Below, in pieces: positions 53,178 through 64,000 of a stretch of DNA of 64,000 bases. The translations under genes were made by a program, and so were the position numbers. Position 1 is the stretch's first letter. Each line of letters starts with the position of its first letter. Where the stretch lies: positions 13,456-77,455 of the forward strand of contig CAZKAH010000007.1 of assembly GCA_964550715.1 (NCBI GenBank), given 5' to 3'. This DNA is from an uncultured Opitutaceae bacterium (GTDB lineage: Bacteria; Verrucomicrobiota; Verrucomicrobiia; Opitutales; Opitutaceae). The notes under the pieces were generated by a model. The model did no database searches and had not been told where the DNA came from. It was given only the letters and a program-made list of their open reading frames with translations.

Positions 53178-54041
53178 TTACTCCACGTTTGCCATCTGCT
53201 CGCGCACTCGCTCGAGTTCGTTCTTCAGCTCGATGACCTGCTTGGCGATCGCCAGGTCGTTCGCCTTGGCGCCGATCGTGTGGGCCTCCCGGCCGATTTC
53301 CTGCAGGATGAACTCGGCCTTGCGCCCCACCTCGCCGTCGGAGCGAACGAGGGCCGTCAGCTGCTCGAGGTGGCTGCGGAAGCGGGTGATCTCCTCGCTG
53401 AGGTCGCAGCGGTCCGCGAAGAGGGCTAGCTCCTTGAGGACGCGCTCGTCGTCGACGTCGAGCTCCAGCCCGGCCTCGCGCAGCCGCCGGTGCAGGTGGT
53501 CGCGATAGGCGGGCGCGACGAGCGGCGCGCGCTGGGCCACGATCTCGAGCATCCGCCGCACGGCGGCGATCCGCCCCAGGAAATCGACGAGCAGCGCCTC
53601 GCCCTCCTTGGCCCGCATGACGGAAAAGTCCTGCAGGGCGGTGTCGACCGCCGCCAGGACGGCCGCCTGTCCCGTCTCGACGGGGAGGACGTCCCCTCCC
53701 CGCCGGGTGGAGGTCGCGATCTGCCAGAGGAGCTCGGGAGTCGGGGTGAAGGCTACGCCCTGGGCATCGGCCAGCGCGGCCAGCTTGTCGAGGGCGGCCG
53801 TAACCGCGCCTTCGTTCCAGCGCAGGTCTTCGCCGCCGGCCGTGCCGGTCAACTCGACGTCGACATGGACCTTGCCGCGCACGGCGAATTCGCGGACCCG
53901 CTCCAGGATCGCGGCCTCGAGGAGTTCCCAGCCCTCCGGCAGGGAGACGGTGAGGTCCAGCGTCTTGCGATTCACCGAGCTCACCTGGACGGTCAGGGTG
54001 TGCCCGCCGATCGCCCCGCTCGCGCGGCCATAGCCGGTCAT
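53178..54041 (-). CDS. yicC: YicC-family stress-induced protein
   Basis: MTGYGRASG...SSVNRKTLDL N-terminus and C-terminal EFILQEIGREAHTIGAKAND...VIELKNELERVREQMANVE; start ATG 54041 inside ORF 53178..54236. Confidence 0.9.
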   Translation of the reverse strand: MTGYGRASGAIGGHTLTVQVSSVNRKTLDLTVSLPEGWELLEAAILERVREFAVRGKVHVDVELTGTAGGEDLRWNEGAVTAALDKLAALADAQGVAFTPTPELLWQIATSTRRGGDVLPVETGQAAVLAAVDTALQDFSVMRAKEGEALLVDFLGRIAAVRRMLEIVAQRAPLVAPAYRDHLHRRLREAGLELDVDDERVLKELALFADRCDLSEEITRFRSHLEQLTALVRSDGEVGRKAEFILQEIGREAHTIGAKANDLAIAKQVIELKNELERVREQMANVE

Positions 54042-54163
54042 GCTTTTCACGGGAAAAGTAACCGCCAGCAGCCCCAAAATCACAAGGCAGAAGCGTCGTC
54101 CCGGGGATTGGTGTGCAAAGAATTGCCAAGGCGGACACGAGTCTTCATTTGTCGGGACCCCCC

Positions 54164-55522
54164 ATGAAACCCCGCCTGCCTTTCCTCCTCGCCGCTGCTG
54201 CCATCGTCGCCGGGTGCGCCACGGTGCCGGCCTCATCCACCGCGGTGGCGCCTGCGCCGGCGGTCATCGCCTTGCCGCCGCCCATCGTCGCTGAGCCGGG
54301 CGACGTCGCCCCGGCCCAGCCGGTCATTCCGGCCCGCGCCTTCGACCTGCGGGACTTCGGCGCCGTGGCGAACGTCGCCATCGACAATGCCGCCGCCTTC
54401 AAGCGCGCGGTCGCCGCGGTCGATGCGGCGGGCGGCGGGACGCTGACCGTCCCTCCGGGTGTCTTCCGGACCGGCCCGTTCGCGCTCTGCAGCCGGATCA
54501 ATCTCCATCTCGAGTCCGGCGCGACCATCCTGTTTTCGCCGAATTCCGCGGACTATGGCGGCGGCGGCCGGGCGCGCCAGCTGTCCGTGAACTCGGCCCA
54601 TGACGTGCTGATTTCGGGCGCGGGCACGATTGACGGCCATGGCGACGGCTGGTGGGGCGCGGCGAATGCCCTGCGCGATCCGGTGACCGGCAAGCAGTTC
54701 CCGGGGGCCCACCCTCCCCGGCCGACCCTCCTCGGTTTCTCCAACTGCCAGCGGATCCGGGTGGAGGGAATCAGCCTCGTGAATTCCCCCTCCCTCAACT
54801 TTGGCACGAACGCCTGCGACGACGTGACGATCAATGGGATCACCCTGATCAACCCGCCGAATTCCCCCAATACCGACGGCATCGACCCGGGCGGCGGCTC
54901 GCGCCGGATCGTGATCGCCCACTGCCATATCGACACCGGCGATGACGACATCTGCCTGAAGGGCGGCATCCAGGACATGCTCGTCACCGATTGCGCCATC
55001 TTCCACGGCCACGGCGTCTCCATCGGCAGCAACGTCGACCAGATCAGCAACCTGACCGTGCGCCGCTGCACCTTCGAAGGAACGGCGACGGGGATCCGGA
55101 TCAAGTGCTATGCCGGCCGCGGCGGCCAGGCGGAGAACCTCGTCTACCAGGACCTGACGATGAAGAACGTCCAGGTCGCCCTCTCGATCAACAGCAACTA
55201 CCAGGGGACGACGATCGACACCGAGGGGATCGGCATCGACCACGTTCCCGCCAACCCCGCGAACGCGAGGTCGACGAAATGGCGCCACATCCTGATCCGG
55301 AATATCCAGGCCACGGGCTGCACGCTCACGGCCGGTCTCATCGTGGCGGTGCCCGAGGTGCCGGTTGAGGATGTGACGCTCGAGCACATCTCCATTGATG
55401 CACCCACGGGCCTGCGCATCGGCTACACGAAGGGCGTCACACTCCACGATGTCCACGTGAACGTGAAATCGGGCGAACCGATCGCCATCGCCGACACGGT
55501 CGAGGGCCTGGTGCAGAAATAG
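54164..55522 (+). CDS. glycoside hydrolase family 28 (polygalacturonase-like) lipoprotein
   Basis: Lipobox AAAIVAGC; GH28 motifs NTDGIDP, TGDDDICLKGG, HGHGVSIGS, GIRIK; start ATG 54164. Confidence 0.85.
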   Translation: MKPRLPFLLAAAAIVAGCATVPASSTAVAPAPAVIALPPPIVAEPGDVAPAQPVIPARAFDLRDFGAVANVAIDNAAAFKRAVAAVDAAGGGTLTVPPGVFRTGPFALCSRINLHLESGATILFSPNSADYGGGGRARQLSVNSAHDVLISGAGTIDGHGDGWWGAANALRDPVTGKQFPGAHPPRPTLLGFSNCQRIRVEGISLVNSPSLNFGTNACDDVTINGITLINPPNSPNTDGIDPGGGSRRIVIAHCHIDTGDDDICLKGGIQDMLVTDCAIFHGHGVSIGSNVDQISNLTVRRCTFEGTATGIRIKCYAGRGGQAENLVYQDLTMKNVQVALSINSNYQGTTIDTEGIGIDHVPANPANARSTKWRHILIRNIQATGCTLTAGLIVAVPEVPVEDVTLEHISIDAPTGLRIGYTKGVTLHDVHVNVKSGEPIAIADTVEGLVQK

Positions 55523-55589
55523 GGCGCCTCGGGGTCAAGTCAGGCCCGTTCCGCCGACCTCGCCAACTTCGTGCCCGTCGGCTATCCTG

Positions 55590-56825
<1,236 letters not shown>

Positions 56826-56872
56826 TGGAAGGCGGAACGTACCGGCGTCCGGCACCGGATGTCAAAATCCTA

Positions 56873-58330
56873 CTACGACCCCAGGACCCGCTTCACGGTC
56901 ACCAGCGTCAGGTCGTCCCGCTGCGGGGCTTCGCCGGTGAACCGCTGCACGCTCTCGAGGATGCCGTCGTCGATCTCCCGCGCGCTGCGCGCATGGAGCA
57001 GGCGGACCGCATCGGCCAGCCGCGCGCCGGAGAACTCCTTATCGTCGTCGTTGGCGGCCTCGGTGATCCCGTCGGTGTAGAGGACGAGAACGTCGCCGGG
57101 CTCGAACGGCTCGGTGCGGTCGGTGATGACGGAGGCGAAGAGCTCGTCCGGCACCATGCCGACCGCCATCCCCTCCCCGCCGACGAAGTCGGTGCGGCAG
57201 ATCCCCGTCGCGCGGTCGCGCCGGACAAACAGCGCGAGTTCGTGCCCGGCCCGCGCGAAGGTGGCCGTCGCGCGCGCGGTGTCGACGATGGCGTAAAGCA
57301 TCGTGATGTAGAGGCCGGCGCGGATGTCGGTCTCGAGCACCCGGTTCAGCTCGACCAGGGCCCGGGCCGGCGACTCGTGGCGGGGCGCCAGCTGGCGAAG
57401 GTGCGTGCGGCAGATCGCCATCAGGAGGGAGGCCGGGACGCCCTTGCCGGAGACGTCGGCCACCACGATCCCGAGCCGGGTCGAGGACAGCGGGATCAGG
57501 TCATAGAGGTCGCCGCTGACCTTCTGGGCCGGCGTATAGCGCGCGTCCAGGTCCAGCCCATCGAAGGTGACCGCCCGGCGCGGGAGCAGCATCTGCTGGA
57601 TGCCGCTGGCGAGCGAGAGGTCGAGGTCCATCTGCTTCTTCTCCAGCTGGAGGTGGAGAAACTCGGCGTTGTGAAGGGCGAGCGCGGCCTGCTCGCCCAG
57701 CGAGCGCAGGAGGGAAAACTCCATCTCGGTGAAGGCGCGGTTGTCCGCGGGATTGGTCACGACCAGGACGCCGAAGAAGCGCTCCCGGAAGGTCATCGGG
57801 ACCGCGATGACCGACCGCACGGCCAGGGCGGGATCGTCGTGCTTGACGATGCGGGGATCGGCGGCGGCGTCGATGATGAGCTCGCCATGGCCCGTGCTGG
57901 CCACCCGGCCCACGATGCCCTGCCCGATCGGGAATTCCTCCGACTTGAGCACCTGCTCGATGAACTTGGCCCGGCTCGTCAGCTTGTTCCGCACCGCTTC
58001 CGGCAGGGGCCGGTGCGGCGGGAACAGCCCCTCCACCGCCACCCCGCGCATGGTGTCGGCGGCCGTGCGCTCGAAGATGCAGGCGCTCAGGGCGCCGGTG
58101 CAGAGGATGGAGGCATGGACGATCCGTTGGTGGAGCTCCTGGCGGCCCAGTCCCTCCCCCAGCGCCTCCGCCATGAGGTGCATGAAATCGATGACGCGCT
58201 GCCGGTCGTGGCCGGCCTGCTGCTTTTCCTCCTCGCGCGCCTCGGCGAGGCGGCGCTCCCGGAGGAGCGGGATGAACATGGCCAGCGCGCCGAGCAGGGC
58301 GCCGACAAGGAGGAAGGGCACGAAGCTCAC
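56873..58330 (-). CDS. membrane-anchored GAF-domain PP2C (SpoIIE/RsbU-type) serine phosphatase
   Basis: N-terminal TM (FVPFLLVGALLGALAMFIPLL), GAF-like FPIGQGIVGRVASTGHGELI...VIAVPMTF, PP2C motifs VSGDLYDLIP, VVADVSGKGVPASLLMA, LVLYTDGITEA. Confidence 0.88.
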   Translation of the reverse strand: MSFVPFLLVGALLGALAMFIPLLRERRLAEAREEEKQQAGHDRQRVIDFMHLMAEALGEGLGRQELHQRIVHASILCTGALSACIFERTAADTMRGVAVEGLFPPHRPLPEAVRNKLTSRAKFIEQVLKSEEFPIGQGIVGRVASTGHGELIIDAAADPRIVKHDDPALAVRSVIAVPMTFRERFFGVLVVTNPADNRAFTEMEFSLLRSLGEQAALALHNAEFLHLQLEKKQMDLDLSLASGIQQMLLPRRAVTFDGLDLDARYTPAQKVSGDLYDLIPLSSTRLGIVVADVSGKGVPASLLMAICRTHLRQLAPRHESPARALVELNRVLETDIRAGLYITMLYAIVDTARATATFARAGHELALFVRRDRATGICRTDFVGGEGMAVGMVPDELFASVITDRTEPFEPGDVLVLYTDGITEAANDDDKEFSGARLADAVRLLHARSAREIDDGILESVQRFTGEAPQRDDLTLVTVKRVLGS

Positions 58331-58839
58331 CGCTGTTCGAGGCGGTTGCGAAGAAAGATGAGCACGTCCTGGAATTTGTTGCGGTTGTTCTCGTCGGCGG
58401 CGACGAGATTCTGGTGAGCCTCCAGGACCAGCTTGGCGTTCTCCAGTTCAGGACGGTCGGGACATTCCAGGGACTCGACCCGGGCCCCGGTTTCCGGCGG
58501 GAGGGCCCCCGGGTCGACGATGAGCAGGCGGTGCAGCCCCAGGTTGCGGATCAATTCCAGGTTCCGGGGGCCGACCCGGGACAGGACGAGCGTCCCGGGC
58601 GCCTGCAGTTTGCGCAGCTCCAGGGCGATGCCCGCGAGGACCCCGAGGAAGGTGCTGTCCATGCTGGTGCAGTGGAGGAAGTCTATGACCACCCGCGTTT
58701 TGCCCTGCCGGAGCATCTCCGTGATGAAGTCCCTCAGGCAGGCGCTATTCTGAAAGTTCGCCCGGCCCTCGATCCGCACCACCACCGGATCGGCGTACGG
58801 GTCGACAAGATAGACCGGCTTGGTGGCAGTCTCAGGCAT
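58327..58839 (-). CDS. STAS-domain protein (anti-sigma-factor-antagonist-like) with C-terminal extension
   Basis: VVVRIEGRANFQNSACLRDF...VVIDFLHCTSMDSTFLGVLAGIAL (conserved Ser context) plus ~60-aa tail; 4-bp overlap with the PP2C gene. Confidence 0.8.
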   Translation of the reverse strand: MPETATKPVYLVDPYADPVVVRIEGRANFQNSACLRDFITEMLRQGKTRVVIDFLHCTSMDSTFLGVLAGIALELRKLQAPGTLVLSRVGPRNLELIRNLGLHRLLIVDPGALPPETGARVESLECPDRPELENAKLVLEAHQNLVAADENNRNKFQDVLIFLRNRLEQR

Positions 58840-58904
58840 GTGGCAGGGCAGAGTTCAGCTCCCGAAAACCTCAATCAATCGAAATTGGAGGCGGCAGCAA
58901 GCCG

Positions 58905-58950
58905 TATTGGGTAAAATATTATAATACAAAGACTTGCCTATATTTGATGC
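58905..58950 (-). promoter_or_regulatory. AT-rich island with TATAAT upstream of the STAS-PP2C-trpB gene string (candidate promoter)
   Basis: Minus strand reads GGCAAGTCTTTGTATTATAATATTTTACCC; TATAAT at 58923..58918; no good -35 found; about 30 percent G+C by eye in a ~67 percent genome. Confidence 0.25.
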
Positions 58951-59004
58951 CAGAATTTTCCGTCAGTCCGGCGGGACAAGCCCGTCCGGCCCGGCCGAAC
59001 CGCC

Positions 59005-61821
59005 TCAGCTCCGCGCGACAATCTGCCGGAGGACGAAAGGCAGGATCCCGCCGTGCAGGTAGTACTCGATCTCGATCGGCGTATCGATGCGGCAGCGCAC
59101 CGGCACCTCGAGCGATTCCCCGCCCTTCCGGGCGATCCGCAGCGTCAGGTCCTGCTGCGGCTTGAGGCCGGAAGCCAGGCCGAGGACGCTGTAAGTCTCG
59201 GTGCCATCCAGCTTCAGCGTCTGGGCGGTGGTGCCCTCCTTGAACTGGAGCGGGAGGACGCCCATGCCCACGAGGTTGGACCGGTGGATCCGCTCGAAGC
59301 TCTGCGCGACAACGGCCCGCACCCCCAGGAGGGCGGTGCCCTTGGCCGCCCAGTCGCGGGACGAGCCCGTGCCGTATTCCTGGCCGGCGAGGATGACCAG
59401 AGGCACCTTCCGCTTCTGGTACTCGAGGGCCGCGTCGTAGATCGACTGCTTCGCGCCCTCGGGCTGCAGCAGCGTCACCCCGCCCTCCTCGCCCCCGACC
59501 ATCAGGTTCTTGATCCGGACGTTCGCAAAGGTGCCGCGCGTCATCACCCGGTCGTTGCCGCGCCGCGAGCCGTAGCTGTTGAAATCCTCATAGGCCACGC
59601 CGTTTTGCAGGAGATACTGGCCCGCCGGGGAGCTCTTCTTGATCGAGCCCGCGGGCGAGATGTGGTCGGTCGTGACCGAGTCGCCGAAGACCGCGAGGGC
59701 GCGCGCACCGCTGATCTCGGCGATCGCCCCGGGCTTCAGGGTGAAGTTGGCGAAGAAGGGCGGCTCCTGGATGTAGGTGGAGGCGGCCTCGAAACCGTAG
59801 ACATGGCCCGTCGACGCGGGAATCTCGTTCCACTTCGGGTTCTGCGCCGCGAAATTGGCGTAGAGCCGCCGGAAGACCTCCGGCTTGAGGGCGGCCTTGA
59901 GCTGGTCCCGGACCTCCTGCAGCGAGGGCCAGAGATCGCGCAGGAAGACGTCCCGGCCCTTGGGATCCCGCCCGAGGGGCTCGGTCGAAAGGTCGATGTC
60001 GACCCGGCCCGCGAGGGCGAAGGCCACGACGAGCGGCGGCGACATGAGGAAGTTGGCCTTGATGTTCTGGTGCACCCGGGCCTCGAAGTTCCGGTTGCCG
60101 GAGAGGACGCTCGCCGCCACGAAGTCGTTCTTCACCACCGCGTCCTCGATCGGGGCCGCCAGCGGTCCGGAGTTGCCGATGCAGGTCGTGCAACCGTAAC
60201 CCACGAGGTTGAAGCCGAGCTTGTCCAGGTAGGGCTGGAGGCCGGTCTGGTTCAGGTAGTCGGTCACGACCCGCGAGCCGGGGGCGAGCGAGGCCTTCAC
60301 CATCGGATTCACCGTCAGCCCGAGCTCGACCGCCTTCTTCGCGACGAGGCCGGCGGCCAGCATCACCGAGGGGTTGGAGGTGTTGGTGCAGCTCGTGATG
60401 GCGGCGATGAGCACCCGCCCATGGCCGACCTCGCCGGCCCGTGGCGCCGTGGGCACGGGTGCGGGATTGGGCGTCGGGTGATTGATCGCCATTTCCCGCT
60501 CGGAGCGGGAGATGCCCGCCGGCGTGAGGGGGGCCTGGCTGCCGCCGCCCGGGTGCCCGGCGCCGTTGGCATCGACGTGCACCGTCTTGCCCATTTCACC
60601 CGCGGGCTTGCCAAAGCCGCTCTCCGCCACGGGGCGGGAGAAGGCGCTGGTGAACTCCTTCTTGAGGTTCGAGAGCTCGATCCGGTCCTGCGGCCGCTTG
60701 GGACCGGCCACGCTCGGGACCACCGAGCCGAGGTCGAGCGCCAGGTCCTGCGAATAGTCGATCGCGCCCGCCGCCGGAATGCCCCAGAGGCCCTGCGCCT
60801 TGTAATAGGCCTCGTAGAGGGCGACGTGCTCGTCGGAGCGGCCGGTCGCCCGCAGGTAGGCGGAGCATTCGCCGTCGATCGGGAAGAAGCCCATGGTCGC
60901 GCCGTATTCGGGGGCCATGTTCGCGATCGTCGCCCGGTCCACGACCGGCAGGGCCGCGGCGCCCGTCCCGTAGAACTCGACGAACTTGCCGACCACCTTG
61001 GCCTTCCGCAGGAGCTGCGTCAGGGTGAGCGCGAGGTCGGTCGCGGTGACGCCCTCGCGCAGGGCGCCCGTCAGGTTCACGCCGACGACGTCGGGCGTGA
61101 GGAAATAGACCGGCTGGCCGAGCATGCCCGCCTCGGCCTCGATCCCGCCGACGCCCCAGCCCACGATCCCGAGGCCGTTGATCATCGTCGTGTGCGAATC
61201 GGTGCCGACAAGGGTGTCCGGATAGCAGACGCCGCCGGCGCCGAGGACGCCCAGGGCGAGGTATTCGAGGTTCACCTGGTGGACGATGCCGATGCCCGGG
61301 GGCACGACCTTGAAGGTGTCGAAGGCCTGCATGCCCCACTTCAGGAACTGGTAGCGCTCCCGGTTCCGCTTGAACTCGATATCGAGGTTGCGGGCGAAGG
61401 AGTCGGCGGTGCCGCTGACGTCCACCTGCACCGAGTGGTCCACGACGAGGTCCACTGGCACGAGGGGCTCGATCACCTTCGGATTCTTGCCCAGCCTGGC
61501 GACGGCCGAGCGCATGGCCGCGAGGTCCACGAGCAGGGGGACGCCGGTGAAGTCCTGCAGGACGATCCGCGCGACGACGAAGGGGATCTCCTCGGTCCGC
61601 GGCGCCTTGGCCTTCCAGCCCGCCAGGTCCCTCACGGCCGGCTCGGACACGCGCAGGCCGTCGCAGTTGCGCAGGAGCGACTCCAGGACGAGCCGGATTG
61701 AGACCGGCAGCCGGGCGACGGCGAAGCCCGCCTCGGCCAGGGCCGGCAGGGAGTAGAATTGGCGCGACTTCCCGCCGGCCGCGAAGGTCCGGAGGGTGTT
61801 GAAGGGATTCGGAAGGGCCAT
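59005..61821 (-). CDS. acnA: aconitate hydratase A
   Basis: 938 aa; [33 protein letters not shown] Fe-S ligand motifs. Confidence 0.97.
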   Translation of the reverse strand: MALPNPFNTLRTFAAGGKSRQFYSLPALAEAGFAVARLPVSIRLVLESLLRNCDGLRVSEPAVRDLAGWKAKAPRTEEIPFVVARIVLQDFTGVPLLVDLAAMRSAVARLGKNPKVIEPLVPVDLVVDHSVQVDVSGTADSFARNLDIEFKRNRERYQFLKWGMQAFDTFKVVPPGIGIVHQVNLEYLALGVLGAGGVCYPDTLVGTDSHTTMINGLGIVGWGVGGIEAEAGMLGQPVYFLTPDVVGVNLTGALREGVTATDLALTLTQLLRKAKVVGKFVEFYGTGAAALPVVDRATIANMAPEYGATMGFFPIDGECSAYLRATGRSDEHVALYEAYYKAQGLWGIPAAGAIDYSQDLALDLGSVVPSVAGPKRPQDRIELSNLKKEFTSAFSRPVAESGFGKPAGEMGKTVHVDANGAGHPGGGSQAPLTPAGISRSEREMAINHPTPNPAPVPTAPRAGEVGHGRVLIAAITSCTNTSNPSVMLAAGLVAKKAVELGLTVNPMVKASLAPGSRVVTDYLNQTGLQPYLDKLGFNLVGYGCTTCIGNSGPLAAPIEDAVVKNDFVAASVLSGNRNFEARVHQNIKANFLMSPPLVVAFALAGRVDIDLSTEPLGRDPKGRDVFLRDLWPSLQEVRDQLKAALKPEVFRRLYANFAAQNPKWNEIPASTGHVYGFEAASTYIQEPPFFANFTLKPGAIAEISGARALAVFGDSVTTDHISPAGSIKKSSPAGQYLLQNGVAYEDFNSYGSRRGNDRVMTRGTFANVRIKNLMVGGEEGGVTLLQPEGAKQSIYDAALEYQKRKVPLVILAGQEYGTGSSRDWAAKGTALLGVRAVVAQSFERIHRSNLVGMGVLPLQFKEGTTAQTLKLDGTETYSVLGLASGLKPQQDLTLRIARKGGESLEVPVRCRIDTPIEIEYYLHGGILPFVLRQIVARS

Positions 61822-61834
61822 GGGGGAGGATCGG

Positions 61835-62308
61835 TTATTTCGCGAGGGCCGCCTTCATCGCGGCAAAATTGGGAAGGTCCTTCGGGGTCGGGGTCTGCTC
61901 GGCATACTTGACGACGCCGTCGGCGCCGATGACGATGGCCGCGCGGGCGGAGGTGTCGCCGATCCCGGAAAGCATCGGGATGACGACGTCGTAGGCCCGC
62001 GCGACCGTCTTATTCAGATCGGACAGCAGCGGAACCGTGATCTTGCTCTCCTTAGCCCAGGCAAACTGCGCATGGGGGCTGTCGACGCTGATGCCGTAGA
62101 CCGCGGCGTTGAGGCCGGCGTAGGCGTCGAGGCCGGAGCTGACGTCGCACATCTCCTGGGTGCAGGTGCCGGTGAAGGCCAGGGGAAAGAACAGGAGGAC
62201 GGTCTGCTTCTTGCCGAAATTGTCGCTCAGCTTCACGTCCTTCAGGCCCTCCGCGGTCTTGGTCTTGAGCGTGAAATCGGGGGCCTTGGAACCGGGAGCG
62301 AGTGGCAT
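61835..62308 (-). CDS. peroxiredoxin (AhpC/TSA-redoxin family)
   Basis: APDFTL...[18 protein letters not shown] peroxidatic Cys context; start ATG 62308; 13 nt upstream of acnA. Confidence 0.9.
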   Translation of the reverse strand: MPLAPGSKAPDFTLKTKTAEGLKDVKLSDNFGKKQTVLLFFPLAFTGTCTQEMCDVSSGLDAYAGLNAAVYGISVDSPHAQFAWAKESKITVPLLSDLNKTVARAYDVVIPMLSGIGDTSARAAIVIGADGVVKYAEQTPTPKDLPNFAAMKAALAK

Positions 62309-62357
62309 GGGGAATCGGGTTGGGAATGGAACTGAACCTAGGAGGGGCAAAACTGAC

Positions 62358-62408
62358 CCCGGTCACAAGCGCGGGCAAACCGTTTCTCCCGGTACAAGCG
62401 CGGTTTCT
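62358..62408. repeat. imperfect direct repeat CCCGGT(C)ACAAGCGCGG...TTTCT x2 in the peroxiredoxin/tyrS divergent spacer
   Basis: 62358-62374 vs 62388-62403, 30-bp register, each followed by TTTCT; heptamer AATCGGG also occurs three times (62313-62319, 62410-62416, 62417-62423). Confidence 0.5.
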
Positions 62409-62492
62409 AAATCGGGAATCGGGGATATAAGCCGGGCTTCGAGAACGCTCTTGCCCCGGCGCGGGCGCCGCGGGTTTACTGCGACTCCAGCC

Positions 62493-63767
62493 ATGACCAT
62501 CCTCGACGAGTTCCAGTGGCGCGGCCTGCTGGCCGACTGCACCGACCTCCCGGCTCTGGGAGCCCGGCTGGCGAGTGGACCGATCACGGTCTACTGCGGG
62601 TTCGATCCCACCGGGGACAGCCTCCATGTCGGCCACCTGATGGGCCAATTGACCCTTCGACGGTTCCAACTGGCGGGCCATCATCCCCTTCCGTTGGCGG
62701 GCGGCGCGACCGGCATGATCGGCGATCCGGGCGGAAAGTCCGCCGAACGCAACCTCCTCAGCCCGGACGAGCTCGCGCATAACCTTGGGTGCATCAAACA
62801 GCAGCTCGCGCGCCTTCTGGATTTTGGCGGTCCCAACCCGGCGCGGTTGGTCGACAATGCCACTTGGGCGAGGCAGCTCCCCTACCTCGATTTCCTGCGG
62901 GATATCGGCAAGCATTTTTCGATCAACGTCATGGTGGCCAAGGACAGCGTGCGCTCCCGCCTCGAGGGCGAGCACGGCCTCAGCTACACCGAGTTCAGCT
63001 ACATGCTGCTCCAGGCCTATGACTTTTATCACCTGCGCCAGGCCGAAGGCTGCGAACTGCAGATCGGGGGCAGCGACCAGTGGGGCAACATCACCGCCGG
63101 CACCGACCTGATCCGCAAGAAGCTCGGCACGGCCGCCTGGGGCCTCACCTTCCCGCTGATTCTCAAGGCCGACGGCACCAAGTTCGGCAAGACCGAGAGC
63201 GGCGCCATTTGGCTCGATCCGAAGAAAACCAGCCCCTACCGGTTCTACCAGTTCTTCATCAACACCGACGATCAGATGCTCGGCGGCTACCTGCGGAAAT
63301 TCACACTGCTGTCGCGGGAGGCGATCGAGGAACTCGAGGCCCGACATGTTGCCGATCCGGGCGCGCGGGAAGCCCACAAGGCTCTCGCACGGGAGGTGAC
63401 GACCCTCGTGCATGGCGAGTCCGCCCTGGCCGACGCTCGGCGCGCAAGCGAAATCATGTTTGGCGGAGGCCTCGAGGGGGTGAGCGAGGCGGTGTTCATG
63501 GACGTGGTCGGCGAGGTGCCCACGAAGGACCTCGAACGGGCGAAGCTCGCGGGGGCGGGCCTGCCGCTGACCGAAACCCTGGTCCAGGGCGGCCTCAGCG
63601 CCTCCAAGGGCCAGGCGAAGAAGGACATCGAAGGCGGCGGCATCTACCTCAACAACGTCCGGGTTGGGGAAATCGGCCGGGCGGTGACCTCTTCCGACCT
63701 GCTCTTCGGCAAGTACCTCCTCCTGCGCAAGGGCAAGCGGACGTACGCCGTCATCAACGCGGCCTAG
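62493..63767 (+). CDS. tyrS: tyrosine--tRNA ligase
   Basis: HIGH (GDSLHVGHL), KMSKS-like KFGKT, C-terminal S4 domain; start ATG 62493 inside ORF 62160..63767. Confidence 0.97.
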   Translation: MTILDEFQWRGLLADCTDLPALGARLASGPITVYCGFDPTGDSLHVGHLMGQLTLRRFQLAGHHPLPLAGGATGMIGDPGGKSAERNLLSPDELAHNLGCIKQQLARLLDFGGPNPARLVDNATWARQLPYLDFLRDIGKHFSINVMVAKDSVRSRLEGEHGLSYTEFSYMLLQAYDFYHLRQAEGCELQIGGSDQWGNITAGTDLIRKKLGTAAWGLTFPLILKADGTKFGKTESGAIWLDPKKTSPYRFYQFFINTDDQMLGGYLRKFTLLSREAIEELEARHVADPGAREAHKALAREVTTLVHGESALADARRASEIMFGGGLEGVSEAVFMDVVGEVPTKDLERAKLAGAGLPLTETLVQGGLSASKGQAKKDIEGGGIYLNNVRVGEIGRAVTSSDLLFGKYLLLRKGKRTYAVINAA

Positions 63768-64000
63768 AAGAACATCGCCTCGCTCAGGGCGTTTTCCGGC
63801 GGGAGGAGGCTGACGGCGGCCGGCAGCGTGGTCCGGCCGGAACCGAGGTCGGCCTCGAAGTGCGCATGGCCGTGCTTCAGGTCGCCCTTCCAGGAGAATT
63901 TCTTCCCGGTCCCCGGATAGTCAAAGAGGAGCGAGAGGGTTTCCGCGCCGAGGCTCGCCGGGGCCTTCAGGCCATAGGCGGCGCGATTCTTGCCGCACTG
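63764..64000 (-). CDS. hypothetical protein, C-terminal 78 codons only (N-terminus beyond window end)
   Basis: Hand translation of minus strand: ...AYGLKAPASLGAETLSLLFDYPGTGKKFSWKGDLKHGHAHFEADLGSGRTTLPAAVSLLPPENALSEAMFF*; open to base 64000, G/C-rich third positions; no family recognised. Confidence 0.4.
   Translation of the reverse strand, partial: QCGKNRAAYGLKAPASLGAETLSLLFDYPGTGKKFSWKGDLKHGHAHFEADLGSGRTTLPAAVSLLPPENALSEAMFF

Overview
High-G+C (roughly two-thirds by eye) bacterial chromosomal segment, very gene-dense. I call 54 protein-coding genes on both strands: 2 are cut by the window edges and 2 are speculative small ORFs. Spacers are short and there are many 4-bp ATGA/GTGA start-stop overlaps.

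Content is mostly core metabolism, envelope and proteostasis:
- pgsA, coaD, a MacAB-type efflux set, rimO, mpl, an HtrA-type PDZ protease pair, an ECF sigma/anti-sigma pair, fabV, exbBD.
- leuCD with a LysR regulator, mcsA-mcsB-clpC, ilvE, a CBS-type family II pyrophosphatase, lpdA, eno, rlmI, a PBP5-type carboxypeptidase.
- A metal ABC importer without a binding protein, hemF-hemE-hemY, ileS-dksA-like-lspA, yicC, a GH28 lipoprotein, trpB, a STAS/PP2C pair, acnA, a peroxiredoxin and tyrS.

I recognise no rRNA, tRNA, CRISPR array, transposase, integrase or phage block. No low-G+C island is larger than a promoter spacer, so this reads as core genome rather than an accessory island. The gene repertoire is compatible with a PVC/Verrucomicrobiota-like diderm, but that is only inference.

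I did not find a convincing multi-gene novel system. The most unusual items are:
1. A 1,927-aa head-to-tail UvrA-UvrA fusion, next to an orphan receiver and a strictly periodic ankyrin-variant repeat protein.
2. An active HtrA protease translationally coupled to a catalytically dead paralogue.
3. A ~86-nt palindromic repeat family present twice at gene 3' ends.
4. A ~145-nt extended hairpin (6S-like architecture or MITE/REP-like) in the hemY-ileS spacer.

Nearly every real gene has a long antisense shadow ORF in the supplied track; I ignored these.
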